Part shown: positions 21,139 to 33,797 of the stretch, piece by piece
How the letters are laid out: each line of letters opens with the position of its first letter
Position numbering within the stretch: the stretch's first letter is position 1
NCBI RefSeq assembly: GCF_003704095.1
Contig: NW_020847607.1
Coordinates: 124,001 to 188,000, forward strand
Direction of reading: 5' to 3'
Origin: Pocillopora damicornis
Lineage: Eukaryota
DNA: 64,000 nt
Notes under the pieces: model-generated
What the model saw: only the letters and a program-made list of their open reading frames with translations
The model's database searches: none
Told to the model about the DNA's origin: nothing
Program-made: the position numbers and the translations under genes

Positions 21139-23630
21139 AGCGCTGATAATGATGGCTTTGCTCGCGACTAATTTAAGGATTTGAAGATTTTGTTAAAGAA
21201 TGAAATTAAATCCTCACACCCACGATCTGACGAAAAATTCCCCATGGCGACCCTTCTACATTTCCTTGAGTTGTAGTTTTGAAAATTTGATGCTATACCC
21301 GAACGGTTTTATTTACGGAGGACACGAACTGCCGTCACAAATTGCGCCTATGGCGAGAGATGTCGGAATAATTTCCAGTGGTAATGAATAATTGAAACGA
21401 AAACATCTCTAGAGTAATAATTTTGATACAAAGCAAAAACTGATTTCAGGGATATATTGGTTTTCATACATCGAGAATATTTTAAAACATTTTTGCTCTG
21501 GAAGTGAATCCTTCAAGTTTGTCTTTTAATCCCAACGCACTGGTTGAAAATTACAAACAAAAATAATGAAATATTCAAAAGAGTTCGACAAAAGTGTGAA
21601 CATCTTTGTTGCCACACATTTTAGATAATGCGATATTTGTTCGGAGCTCACAATATTTCTGTTTGTACATAATTCCCATGCACTCAGCTACGTGGATAAA
21701 TTTTACCTTAATAATCGATCAAAAGTGTAATTTACGTCTATTGTTTTCTATTGTTGTCAATAATGATGTTTGACAGTGTGGCGCTAAAAAAAACCCATGC
21801 ATTTGAACAGACAATCACAGATAGGCTCAGTCGCTATTACACGTAGTTTCGATGGTTCTCACGCGGTTGTAACAAACTTGAGTATGTAATTCAAACGGAA
21901 AGTCAGAAATCTTGAACGTGAAATATCAGTGAAGAACTTTCGCTTTCCCCAAATCATCTGAGAAATGTGCTAAGCGCATTGTGTGTCATTGGGGCGAGAA
22001 CAGGAAAATTAATAAGGTTAGTAAATGGTCACTTTTTAATTACGAATAAGTTAGGTTTGACAAGAGGCGATTGAATGAAAAACTCGGCCTGAAAATTTTT
22101 GCCCTTTCCACCGCAGTGAAGGAGGTGTTATCATACCTCAGCACCCCGCTCAAGGTAAGACACGTAACGAGTACTTAGTATCGTTAGCTTAAACCTTCGG
22201 ATTTCAATTCGGTCCGGCTCGAAGTTTAGTATTGTTTAAAACTATTAATCCGGATCTTCTTTGGCTTTTGATTTTTAAAATGGCTCCACAAGAGCATCAA
22301 GGTTTGGAAGCGACTCTAAGTCGTTAGCAAACCATTAGAGACATTGAAGTATAGCACCGTCGGGGTAACCTAGAGTATTCACATACTCGGGGTGTCGGAC
22401 CTTCCACGACCAAGCGGCTGTACATTACATTTCAGTCACAGTTACACGGTAGGACCTGGGTACGAGATTACTGTCGACATTTGCTGACACAGGAACACTC
22501 GCAGTTATTTCAAATAGGTACGAACCCCACCCAACTAGATTGGATGCTAGTCACACTTAGGCATCAAAGGAATAAACTAACAGCTATGAACACGACTCTG
22601 CTAAGTATGAACACGCCCTCCCAAAGTATAGAGCCGAATATCTGTGGTACCTTACAATCGATCAATTTAAGTCTTACTTACCTCAGTTATCATAGTTACA
22701 AAATGAAACCCCTTGTCAGCTCAGCTTTCTTTGAACAGAGGAAGAACCTCAGAAGAAAGACCGCTGAATCATGGAAAGTTCCTTCCTTCCCAGTCTCTCG
22801 TCATTTTTATAATTGACGGATGTATGACCTGGGAACAAGTCTTGAGCTAAATACTCGAAAGAGGCTATTTAAAATTCTTTGTTGTGATTATCTCGTGCTC
22901 AAAGAGAAAGAAAGGGTAGACAAACGGGTGACAAACGTCCTACAAAAATATTTACCTTCCTAATGAGTATTTATAAAATAACCTTAGGCTACAGAATGAC
23001 TTTGAATAATACCTCAAAGGCGACTCAACTTATGATTGCAAAGTTGCTCGCCCACTTGAACATCATTTCGAAATCGTGATTTAAAACGAAAGTGCGCGTA
23101 CAAAAATAAAACATTATAATACTAACATGAACAATATGGAGACATAAAGCTAGAATATTAGAGTGATCTTAAAACTTTCTGGCTACCAAGCAATTATGCA
23201 ACACTTTTGAGTTTTACACCATAGCGTATCCCATATAGTACATGTCTCTTAGGCAAGTGAGTGTGACAAGAAAATGTTCCACCACAAGAAAGTGCTCCAT
23301 GACTATTTTAAATCGCGTCATAAAAAATACTGGTTTTGAGCCGGCTTCGTAATCTCCTCGATCTTAACAAGGTTTTTCAAAACTCTTAAAACGCTTCTTG
23401 GTTAAAATAAATGGAATGGAAGATGAAAAGTGCATGTTAAAGACAGTCGAACTAAACCGGAAGTGACGTCCCTTATAATTCGGCGGAAATGAAATAGCAG
23501 CTTACGATAGGCACCGTACCTACAACGGTTTTCTTAAATTCGGAATGCCTGTTTCTGTTTGTATTTATGGCATGGGTTGAAAAAAAGATTCTACAAAAGA
23601 AATTTGAATTAAGACAGTAACATTGATAAT

Positions 23631-26600
23631 TCAAAGCGCATCAGAATTGCATGGTTGTTTCTCGAGCTTCTTCAGTTCGTTTAGCATCTCATCATCAACG
23701 TCAGGCCAAACGTAGATGTCGCTCGTAGCTATCTGCACCAGAGTCATCAGGCTCATTTCATCAGTAATTCCTACAGTCTGTACCAGAACGTTAGAATCTC
23801 TAAATTCTTGCGCAACCTCGTCCACGGCGTCGCTTTCATCAAAATCTATGTTTGCGTCGGACAAAACAAGGAGGACCTATGACAAAAAGCAAAAGACGTT
23901 TTTCCAGTTGCTCATAGTATTTCAGTCTGCCTTCATTTTCGACTTAGGTTGCTGTAAATGTAGTCTGGGATGTCATGCAGTGCTCAGGAGTGCGTGAGTG
24001 TAGGTTGACTGACATCCCACTTCCAAAAATTTCTCGATGTGAAAAATGAATCCATGGTGTCACAAAAATTTAAGCAATCCATATTTGAAGTAAGTGGGTA
24101 TACGTTTCTAGAGAAACTGACAGAGGTGCTGCGTATAACAAGGTAATTTAGTTTTATCAACTTAGTTTAGTGATAATGTGCACTGGCTTCCATAAAGACT
24201 TTCTAAAGCTGAAGTTTCGAGTGTTAGCCCATCTTCAAAGCAAAGAGAAGAATTGTGTGTTGAATAAGTGTTTATATACAGAAGAATGGAGTTTCGCTAT
24301 TGGAGAATAACTTAGTTGAATGAAAAGCGTTTGTCGCCCGGTTGATACCGCGAGGATTAAGAGTGTAGATTTGATATGTATGTTTACCTTCATGGCATTT
24401 TCTCTTGCCCCTTTCTTCTCATCAAACATGTGTTTGGCATTCTTCAAGGCTGTTGTTAGTTTTCCATTCTTTTTCGTGGGTGTAAATGCCTTCATAAATT
24501 TCCACACATTAACATGGCTGATATTTCGGCCCTTAAGTTGATCAAATCCAAGCAGCGGCTGACTCTTTTTGGAAATTGCTCCCAACGCTATGTGAGTATT
24601 GTCTTCTCCGATGGACATTTTGTGGACAATTTTGAGGACCATTTTCCTCACTTTTGGCCATGTGGAAATCTGCGCGTCAAATAGGATGGCGAGATCGACA
24701 GGAGCCTGACACCCTAAAGGCAAAGAAAGGAGATTGGATTAGAGCGCAATGTAGTCAAAGCAGCCAATCAGGAAAAAAAGGAAAGTAACACAAGAAGCCA
24801 ATTAGGAGAAAGCTTTGAGGGAAACATAAAACGAAAAAAGCAAGCGTTTTAAACAAGTTGCCGTCAAACTGACAGAAATATAGTTTACTTACAATGAGTA
24901 ACTGGATGTACGCATTTATTGTTACAGCCCATCATACAGCACTTCATCGACGACGTGCATTCATCGTCAGCGGAACACTCGTCTTTGCCTTCACTAGAGG
25001 AGAAGAGTCCTCCCAGTAATCCCAGTTCACCGGCACAGTCCACTGGAGGTCTCACATACGGGCATTCTCCAACAGGACTACTGCGTTTGCCTGCAAATTG
25101 TGACAGATTCGCCGAGTGAACAGGGTGTGGTGGACTAGTTTTCCGGCTTTTAGTCTATATGAAGGGAGGGGGGGTGGGGAGGGGTGTGAAGGGACGTTTC
25201 AAGGGGGTGGGGTTGAATCTTTTCATCTTGATATCAAGTTCAAGACGGAAAATGTTATAGATAGTAGCATATCGACCTCATCCAGTTACCAGTAGCGAAA
25301 TCAGGCCAAAAAAGGGTAAACTGATTGTTTTTTCATTAAAAGGCTACGTGTTGCTATCCACCAAAAAACACTCGAAAAACCTCTGGTATAGAAAAAAAAA
25401 ACCGAGCGGAAGAAAATTAATAACTAGTGAAATTACATATCCTTTTTTCCCCTGTTTCATTTTTTCCCTTGTTTTTTTATCATTGCTCTTTTCCACAAAG
25501 ATGATCATTGTTGGTTTAATTAATTCCAGCTGTAAGTACCATCTTGACCTTTCATCAAGGTGTTTTATCACACCAGTAGTTAACTGCATTGACGCAGACT
25601 CTGACGTGTTGCTTGGTATGTTCCCTGCTGCCAGCCAGATTCCTAGATCGATAAGGTGGCGTATAACTCTTTCTAGAGTGTTCTATGCAGTTTGATTAAC
25701 TCTCTGTTTATTGAGAACGGATTAACTACATATTTGAGGTTAACTTTCATGACAGTCGCCTGACAGAAACGTGAGTAATACGCAAGCGAGTGATCAGACG
25801 TGGTGAAGCTTCGCTCGCGCGTGCGTCTACTTCTGGCGTTTGTCGGTCTGAACCACACGCGCTTGTTTCCTTTACTCAAGTGTTGCATGTTTTTCCCGTT
25901 GGTTTTTCAACTGGTTTTGAAAGACGCTAATCTCAAGTATTTCCTACCAAAGGTGATGAAAAGTGGATATGAACTCACTTGAGTATATTCAAAGATATCA
26001 CTTTCTCTTTTTGTTTTTGTTTTGTTCTGTTTTTTTTACTGAAATTCGGCAGAAAAATGTGTTTTAGTTACAACCTAGCCGACGATATCGTGATTTCCCC
26101 TGTTTATCTCTATTGAGTCATTCTTCAATTTTCTTTTCCGTTTCTCTTCGCTCTTATATCATCACTTTTCAAGCCATCAAATTACTGCCCTCCACCTGTT
26201 GTGTTACATTTTTACAGATTAGTCCTACATAGAAATTTCAAGCAAAATCACACACTTGCGAGAACTGCCCTCGATAAAAACAATGTTAGTCGTCAGAAAC
26301 AATGATACGCTCGTTTCCTGTGAACTTTGATAAGCGAAGTTATCAACCTTTCAAATTACTATCCTCGTTTCTACTTCCAAAGAAATACTAAACTACCATC
26401 TATTCTATGAAATGGTTGGAAAGTCACAAACTGGTTTAAGAAATTTTTACTTTCATTCGTGCATGACGCAGGACATAATCTTCACTTTCCCGTAAACAGC
26501 TTCAGTAAATCTGTTTCTATCGATGTTTAGTCATAATGCGATCTGTTACTACAGTTCATGTTCAGTTATAATGCGATCCGATAAATTCAATTCATATTAT

Positions 26601-27525
26601 TGTATTAGCGGTTGCAGTTTTTCCTATATCCTCTATCAAGATTACATCTTGAGAGATACGTTGCCTTTTCTTTGCTACCTAACAGAATTGCAGAAACAAA
26701 TTTTATCGGTGTACAATATTCTACACACAAAAATATGGCTTAGTTGATATTTTGCAGTCAATCTGATCGCGAGAACCTTTTTGTCAAAGCTGTATAATCG
26801 CTGCGTTGATTGCTACAGATCGAGCGAATGACGTCCATAAACTCAGTCGCAATTCTACAAAACACTAAATTTGTCCATTTTGCAGTCAATTGCAAGAACC
26901 TTTTTGTCAAAGCTGTGTAATCACTGCGTTGATTGCTACAGATCGAGCGAATTACGTCCATAAACTCGCAATTCTACAGAACACTAAATTTGTCTTAATA
27001 ATCCGTAGACATTCAAGCACATAGTTCAACTCAGGTAATCGTACTTAGAAAAAACTCGCCTTAGATATGCCACTTAATTAAGCACAGCTAACAAGATTCA
27101 AAGTTGTTATGTCGAAGACGGTTTTGGCACTTTTCTTTATTATCTTAATTGTATCTAAACTTCAACTCAGTCGTAAACAACGTTAGGATGCAAGATTAGG
27201 ATGCGTCTGACCTACGGTATAAAAATTGAGGCTGAGAAAGGCGACTAGGCGTCTCCTAAATGCAGGCTATTTCACCACTGTATAAACTTCTCTAATTCTT
27301 ACCACCCAACCGATCTGTTTCTGTACTTTTTGTCACCCCTCAGTTTAACATTGTTTAAGTTAATTTTTCAAAAGACCGGTTAGCGCTGAATGTGCATCGT
27401 AAAGTAGCCATCTGCCTTCCAATTTCACCAAGTTCGATTTTGAAGACAAGAAAAGAAAGGAAAAGAGATATACCTTGACACAGCACAACTAACAAAGTTA
27501 GAAACAGCAAAGTGATTGCATTCAT
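23631..27525 (-). CDS. Gene D: secreted SP-WAP-VWA protein (complete, ~273 aa)
   Basis: Exons 27525-27474 (MNAITLLFLTLLVVLCQ), 25090-24893 (WAP: ECPYVRPPVDC...ECSADDECTSSMKCCMMGCNNKC), 24713-24388 and 23876-23631 (VWA ending QPCNSDAL-stop). Confidence 0.87.
26751..26995. repeat. Tandem duplication, 2 x ~120-128 bp, in gene D intron 1
   Basis: tttgcagtcaat...gaacctttttgtcaaagctg...cactaaatttgtc occurs at 26751 and again at ~26879. Confidence 0.9.
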
Positions 27526-27639
27526 CTTGACACAAAATCCTCGCTTCTTTTCTATCCTGTGTTATTGTTGTTTACTGAAGCCTGCCTTCTGAACGCTCAT
27601 ATAGGATGGACTGGAAAAACGCGCTGAGGGTCATCACTC

Positions 27640-27645
27640 TTTATA
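27640..27645 (-). promoter_or_regulatory. Putative TATA box of gene D
   Basis: Minus strand cagTATAAAgag, 115 nt upstream of the ATG at 27525. Confidence 0.45.
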
Positions 27646-30600
27646 CTGTTCATTTACGAGAGCTGGCTGTAATTACAGACATATGTCGAGAGCTAATGGC
27701 ATTCATCTGTCAAATAACCCAGCATATGGTGACATCTACACTTAAACACGATAAAACATGCACGCAAGCACCGCTTACAGACGAAAATACCTGATGTTAC
27801 CTTTGATATGACTCTCAAATGCAAAACAATCAGTTAAGGGGGGAGGGAGCATCAGACTAACAGTGCTCTCAAGAGGCTGGCATAGCCACAAGTATGAGAG
27901 AGTTGACTAATTTAAACTTGGATACCCTTGCTAAGGGTATTTCGGGTTTAGTTGTCCATGAAAAAAAATTGGTGTTTCCGGATCGTAATTAACAAATAGA
28001 GAAGCCTTGACTGTACTCTGTTCTGTTGTAAAAGCAGACAGGAAGCGGATAGAGCACGTTTTTCCCCACTTCTTGAACACGAAACTATATATACTATATG
28101 AGTGTTAGCTGTGTTTGATTTTTATTACCGTACGCAAGCTTGCAATCTATTAAACTGGGCGTGAAAACCTTCAAAACTCGGACTGTACATTCGTTTTCTT
28201 TTTGAGGATTTTTGTCTCTGCTCACGTTATAATAACGTAAATTATGGTGCTTGGCAGTTTATAAATCTCTGTTTGGTTCTTCTGTTGCTATTTGCCGGCT
28301 CGCTTGTTCCGAAATTTCACAGGAACAAAAAAAAAGGTCGATAATGGTCGATATTTGGCAGATAGCGTGACAACTCTAGCTCAGCTCTATGTTTTAGACT
28401 GTGATGGAGCACGCTTTTTAAACCAATGACATCACGCGTTACATAGTGAAGTTTTAGACCTTATTTGGTTCTATATCCTGAAAGCATTAACATAAGTATC
28501 TTTGATTTGACTAAATTTCGTCGCACTAGTTTAATTCGCCAGTATTAAGAAAGAGTAAATGCATTTTTGAACTGAATGAGCCACCAAAGCACAAGAGTGG
28601 AGGCAATAGACCAAAACATATTACATTAGCGAAAGAGTTATTTTTCGAAAGGCCAAGGTGAGAATAACAAATGGCCCTCCTTAAAAGATTTTGTTTTCAC
28701 AAACTCGATTCGGCTCCTGAAAATTTAAGTAAGATTTCCTTACACTGAGCCAACTGAACCTATGAAAGACATGAAACGGTTTCAAGTCAAAATAGTTTCA
28801 AAATAACCACACCTCTACCCTAAAATGTATTTCTTCTGTTTCCTGATGATAGGTCCACTCGCTCCAAAGATTTTCAACCATGCAATAACGGTGTACTCTT
28901 ACAGAAAAGGCTTTGTGATTGGGTGTTCCTCAAATATTTACGTTTTAAATTTCCGTTAGCCACGTTCGCTCGAGAAGAATCACGTTTTCGTGAGAAATCA
29001 CTTATTTTTAGAAGGTTGATCGCGTTTCAGTCTAATAGAACTCAGAAGGATAATTCCAAAATTCAAAACGTATCTGTTAGCAACCCCCTTAGCACGCAAT
29101 ATTTCCATTCAGAAATACACGACATTGGAAACTTGTTTAAGCGTGTTTAAGTGGTACTTGATGAGTAGCATACGCACACATGACACACAATGCATGGATC
29201 TGAGTTCTTTCACGTAGTTCTTTGTCATGGTTTCAAGAACCTCGCACGCATCGCGCATTTTTACTCTAAATCTCATCTAAATCTAAATCTACCACCTTGA
29301 ATCCATCTTTACCTAAGTATCCTTACGTCACCAATGCGATAGACATTAGTAAGAGACAAATTAAGTTTAAAATAATGATAAGTGAGATATAGCAGTGCAA
29401 CTTCTTCAATCTTAGCCTACGAGCACGCAAATCTTCTTTGCCAACGGACGATAAGTTTGGGAAAAATTTCCCCGTGTGAATCCTGAGAAACGTAGTGCGC
29501 ATAATATTTTGGAGGACAGAGAGGTATCGCCTGAAATTCTCCTCAATTTAACCAATAAACCTTTTCAGCCAATCTTTTTTGTTCTTGTTTCTCCAGCTTG
29601 AGCTGTTTTGTTTCACCTGATCACAGGTGCTTAAGCTTAATGAGTCTTATTCAAATTACATAAGGATACAATGGTTGAGTTCTCATGTGTGATCTCAGTC
29701 CTCTTACTTTCGGAGGTATTATTAGTAAAAGTTTCCGGCCCACGTTGATGGGCGTACCATATTTTATGAGGAAGGGTGTAACGTGCGATCAAAAGGTGGT
29801 TTTTTGTTACAGGTCCTGTCACCTGAGCGGACAACTTCTTAAGAACTGAGGCAGATTTAAAGCAAGATATACGCATCATCTACTTAATGGATTGGTTCAA
29901 TCGTAAAACACAAAAAAAATCGCAGTGAACCAATGACAGAAGAAAGAAATGAAAGCATGCTCGTTACCTATCTTGCTTAATCTTCACCTGTTTGATCTCC
30001 TTCTGCATGCGACCTAACTAAGCGTACACTTAATGATTTTCTTTCTTAAGTTACGACGTCCCTTTCCGCCGAATTTTCATATATTTTGATGAATTAGCAC
30101 CTAGAGAACTTGCAACACATATCAACACATTTTTCTGTGATTTCGCAGCCGTGACCCTCTATCAAATCCACAGGTCTACCTGCGTAAGTTTCAAGGTCAC
30201 CCCAAGTGTGGTGCCTCACGCTATATCTTTCAACAACGAACGAAAATACTCTTTCATATGGCTTGCCAGAAACATCTTCTTACACGTAACATGGAGATTT
30301 TATTCCCCCTTACACCCATGTAATGACTGTGCTCTTGGCAGGCCGAGTTTAAACTTTAAACATATGATATGTCATTCGTTTTGTGATGAGCGTATAATGA
30401 AGAATCGACCCCAGATCTGCGGATTTCTTACTTTGATCCTCTACCGGCGAGCTGCACATGTTAGCGAGCTAGTCTCAAAATTTACCATCTTTCTTATTTC
30501 GTTTTGCTCACAAGTTGCAACCTTGTTTTAGTGCTTTCAAAAATCGCAGATTGGCGAATTTGTCTAGTTTTCTCTCAAAGAAAGACCAGAGTCTATGCAT

Positions 30601-32099
30601 TTCGTTATTTGTAATTCGTTTTAAATTTCTCTTTTCGTGGCTTTCCTCGTTGATTCTCGCTTTGTTATTCACTCTTTTGAGTTTCTCTATTTTAACAAAG
30701 CATCATCTCACACACTGTGCGAGGACAGTATAGATGATGAGATAAAATAGAAGATAAGTCCCGACCTTGTCTCCTTACATTTATTTCAAAACTAACTTGC
30801 GTTCAGTTGACATAGCACCTCTAACCTGATGAAACCGCTAAAATATAGAGCCTTTTGTGATCCAAAGGCATATAAGCGGATGCAAGAAGTGGTTCTACCA
30901 TGAGAGAGCGATCCTTTAGGGAAAGTACACAGGTTTTTAAATCTTATAACGTTTTCAGTCCCCTTCTTTAAGAATTACACCACGTTGTGGATCAAAATCA
31001 ATCCTTTGGGCATGTTTGAGGCGCCACAGACTACAACAAGCGAAATGGACCTAGAATACTTCGCCTTCAACCGTTCTTGCTATCCAGTTTAGTCCCCTTT
31101 GGTAATTCGCCATTTTAGAGTGTACAGAGAGAACAAGGGGTTCTTTCTTTTAAGTTTGCTAGAAACGCTTTCAAACATGCAACGTTTGACCCCATCGAGC
31201 CCCACCCACGCAGTTTAAATTACAAGGTACAACTTCTGCCCACCAACATTGATGATCCCGTGGGGTCTTCCGCTCAATGAACGCTCTGTTGGGTTTTGTA
31301 AAGAAATGGTCGCTTCCAGAAGACCTAAGAGAAGGGTGGGTCCAAGCTGCCCAGCACGAAAGACGATGAGAAGGAGAGAAGTTACCTATGAAATTCTTTG
31401 TGAGAGGTTTGCGAAGTCGGAGGAGGGCTGTCTGAGTTCGGTTTAAGACGGCAAACGGCAAACGGCTGTAATCATGAAACCCACAAGGATATACCACCCA
31501 CTTTTTCGCGATCTCGAGAGAAAACCTTGAGTATCCGTTTTTGCTTTGGATTTTGTTAAAAATTACACATTACAGAAGACATGTCTAGCCACATGATTCA
31601 AACTGAATATTCGTTGCTCATTTCTTATGCATGGTTAGTTTTTGGCGCCATAATATCCTTTTGGCGCTCAAACAAAATGCGTACACCACTATTATTTCGG
31701 ATAACCTGGCTTGGTAATTTCAGATAATTGAAGCCGATATACAATTTATTGCAAAAACTAACAACAGTTAAAAAAAGGCGAACAAGATATTTCGCTCTCC
31801 ACCGCAAAGCCTAGTTAGCAGAAATTTTCTTTGCATGACCATGCTAGTAAAACAAGCGACAATGCTTTGACCCTTTCGCACAAATATTGAGGCTAAGAAC
31901 AGTTAGAACACAAAAATACGTCTCAAATTCATCTTCTCTTCTTCTTCTTATTCGTCCCACTCCACCAATTTGTTTCTTTTAGTCTTTAAACGTTTGTCCA
32001 TCGTTAATTTGATGTTTCATTAACTCTTTGATCAAACGGTTACGGCTGATTTTCTGCTCGAAGTAGCTCTACTATTCGACTTATAACAAAAAAATATAT

Positions 32100-32260
32100 T
32101 CAAGCTATGATCTTTGCTAGTGGACTGCCATGCCATTTAAGCAATTGCAGAAAAAACCCCGAAAAAAAACCAGGCTTTGATGGGATTCAAAACTGTGCCT
32201 CTTAGATACTAGTTTGGCGCCACTATCAACTGAGCTACGAAGGCACACGTTAGGAGCAAG
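32100..32260 (-). mobile_element. tRNA-derived repeat relic
   Basis: Reverse complement contains tagctcagttgatag and a degenerate B box (ttttgaatccc). Confidence 0.55.
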
Positions 32261-32297
32261 GCACTTAAAAAGAAAAAAGTTTTTAAAAGAAACATAC

Positions 32298-32364
32298 CTG
32301 GCAAAGTTTCTCCTTTACATAGCAAAGCCATCAAAGTTATTGACAGTAACGCAATAGCATTCAT
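32298..32364 (-). CDS. Orphan signal-peptide exon paralogous to gene D exon 1 (alternative first exon or remnant gene)
   Basis: aagATG MNAIALLSITLMALLCKGETLP G|gtatgt; phase 1; clearly similar to MNAITLLFLTLLVVLCQG. I found no WAP/VWA exons between it and gene D. Confidence 0.65.
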
Positions 32365-33673
32365 CTTCCTGTTTTCTTTTCTGCGGCGTGTGTTGTTGAA
32401 GGTTGCAGTCGGCTGACGTCTGATTGCACCGGATGAACGATAGCAAATGAGGATTATTTAGGATAATTCAAGATTATAAACTAATACATTAAGAGTTGTG
32501 AACATATTCACGATCATAAACGCATACAATTAAAGCTTTTGTACCTTTGAATTATTTTCTTTTGTTTGTAATAGATTTGATCAGTTCGCATGCAATAGCT
32601 CTCCTCTAGCTCTACGTCTACGAGAGAGGTAGGGGTGAGTTCAGGAGGATCGGGGATCGGAGAGCCTTCGTGGAAACAAAATCTTCTGTCCAAAATGCCA
32701 GATTTCACTATAGTATTCATCTGAAGTCGGCTGCCTTGTGAACGCTTCAATGATGGACTATTTAAAACAGTGAGGGTCTGCACCTCTGTCCGTTCTATAC
32801 CCACGAGATTGGGACTCTAAATATTCAAAACTGATTTGCAAGGCGTTGTTAATTTTTGTTTCACTGGCAAACTTTTGCCGCATAAAAAACGCGCGAATTT
32901 AAACCTTGCTGACTTGAAAAGTTAAGGGAAATGAGACACGTTCAAGACCGTCAAACCGAGGAGTCCAAGATTTCTTACTTAAATGATCGAAACGTACTTC
33001 AGAGAGATATAGCTTATGGTTCGAGTTAATGAGGTATTACTGTGTTTTAAGTCTCGCGTTACACTCCTATGGATATTAGACAAGTAGGACAAAAGTTGCA
33101 TACTAGCTAAGTATATTAATCCCGCCTCCCCTAATTATTTAGTCGAGACAAAACAAAATATTAGCCTACAGACAAAAGCCAACTTCTCAGAAAATGACTC
33201 AAGGACTGATGCCTTAATCGTGCGTGACTGAAAAACCTCGTTTACTGGCGGGAAAAACGTAAAACTTAGTCTGAAGAAAAAAAAAAATAGAAAAACAGCA
33301 GGCTTCAACTGGGCTTCAACCCAGGTCTTCCAGTAAGAAGTTGAGCGCCGCTTCTACCTTAACAACAAGAAATGAAACCACATTATGACGGGGTCTGTAG
33401 AAAATTTAGGGTTCAAGTATGAGGTTGAATTCATTTATAGCTTTAATTTATGCTATTGTTTCAGCTGCCTGCAGTTAAAAGTCAAATGTGACTGATTTTA
33501 CAAAACCAGACTTTCCAAAGAATATAAACTTACAGTTTATTTTCATAATAAAATATTTTGAACGCGGCGTAAGACAAAATAACTCCATGTCAAAATTACA
33601 ATTTTTAAGACTAGCTACTGTAACAAACAAAACAGAATCAACAGCATTCAGTAACGTCCAGTCAACCGCGTGC

Positions 33674-33679
33674 TTTATT
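33674..33679 (-). terminator. Putative poly(A) signal of gene F
   Basis: AATAAA on the minus strand ~120 nt after the stop; a second copy at 33541-33536. Confidence 0.45.
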
Positions 33680-33797
33680 CAGATCTCCTACAAGCTTTCA
33701 CACGATCTTTAATTGTTCCTTAGCTAATATATTAGGCAGAAAAATTGTCAATGTACAATACAGGTGGTGTTCTTCTCTTGTTTGACTCCGCGCATGT

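Noticed and set aside
11941-26120. AP-1 (TGAGTCA/TGACTCA) sites at 11941, 13092, 14338, 17687, 26114
   Set aside because: Roughly 8 are expected by chance in 64 kb at this base composition.
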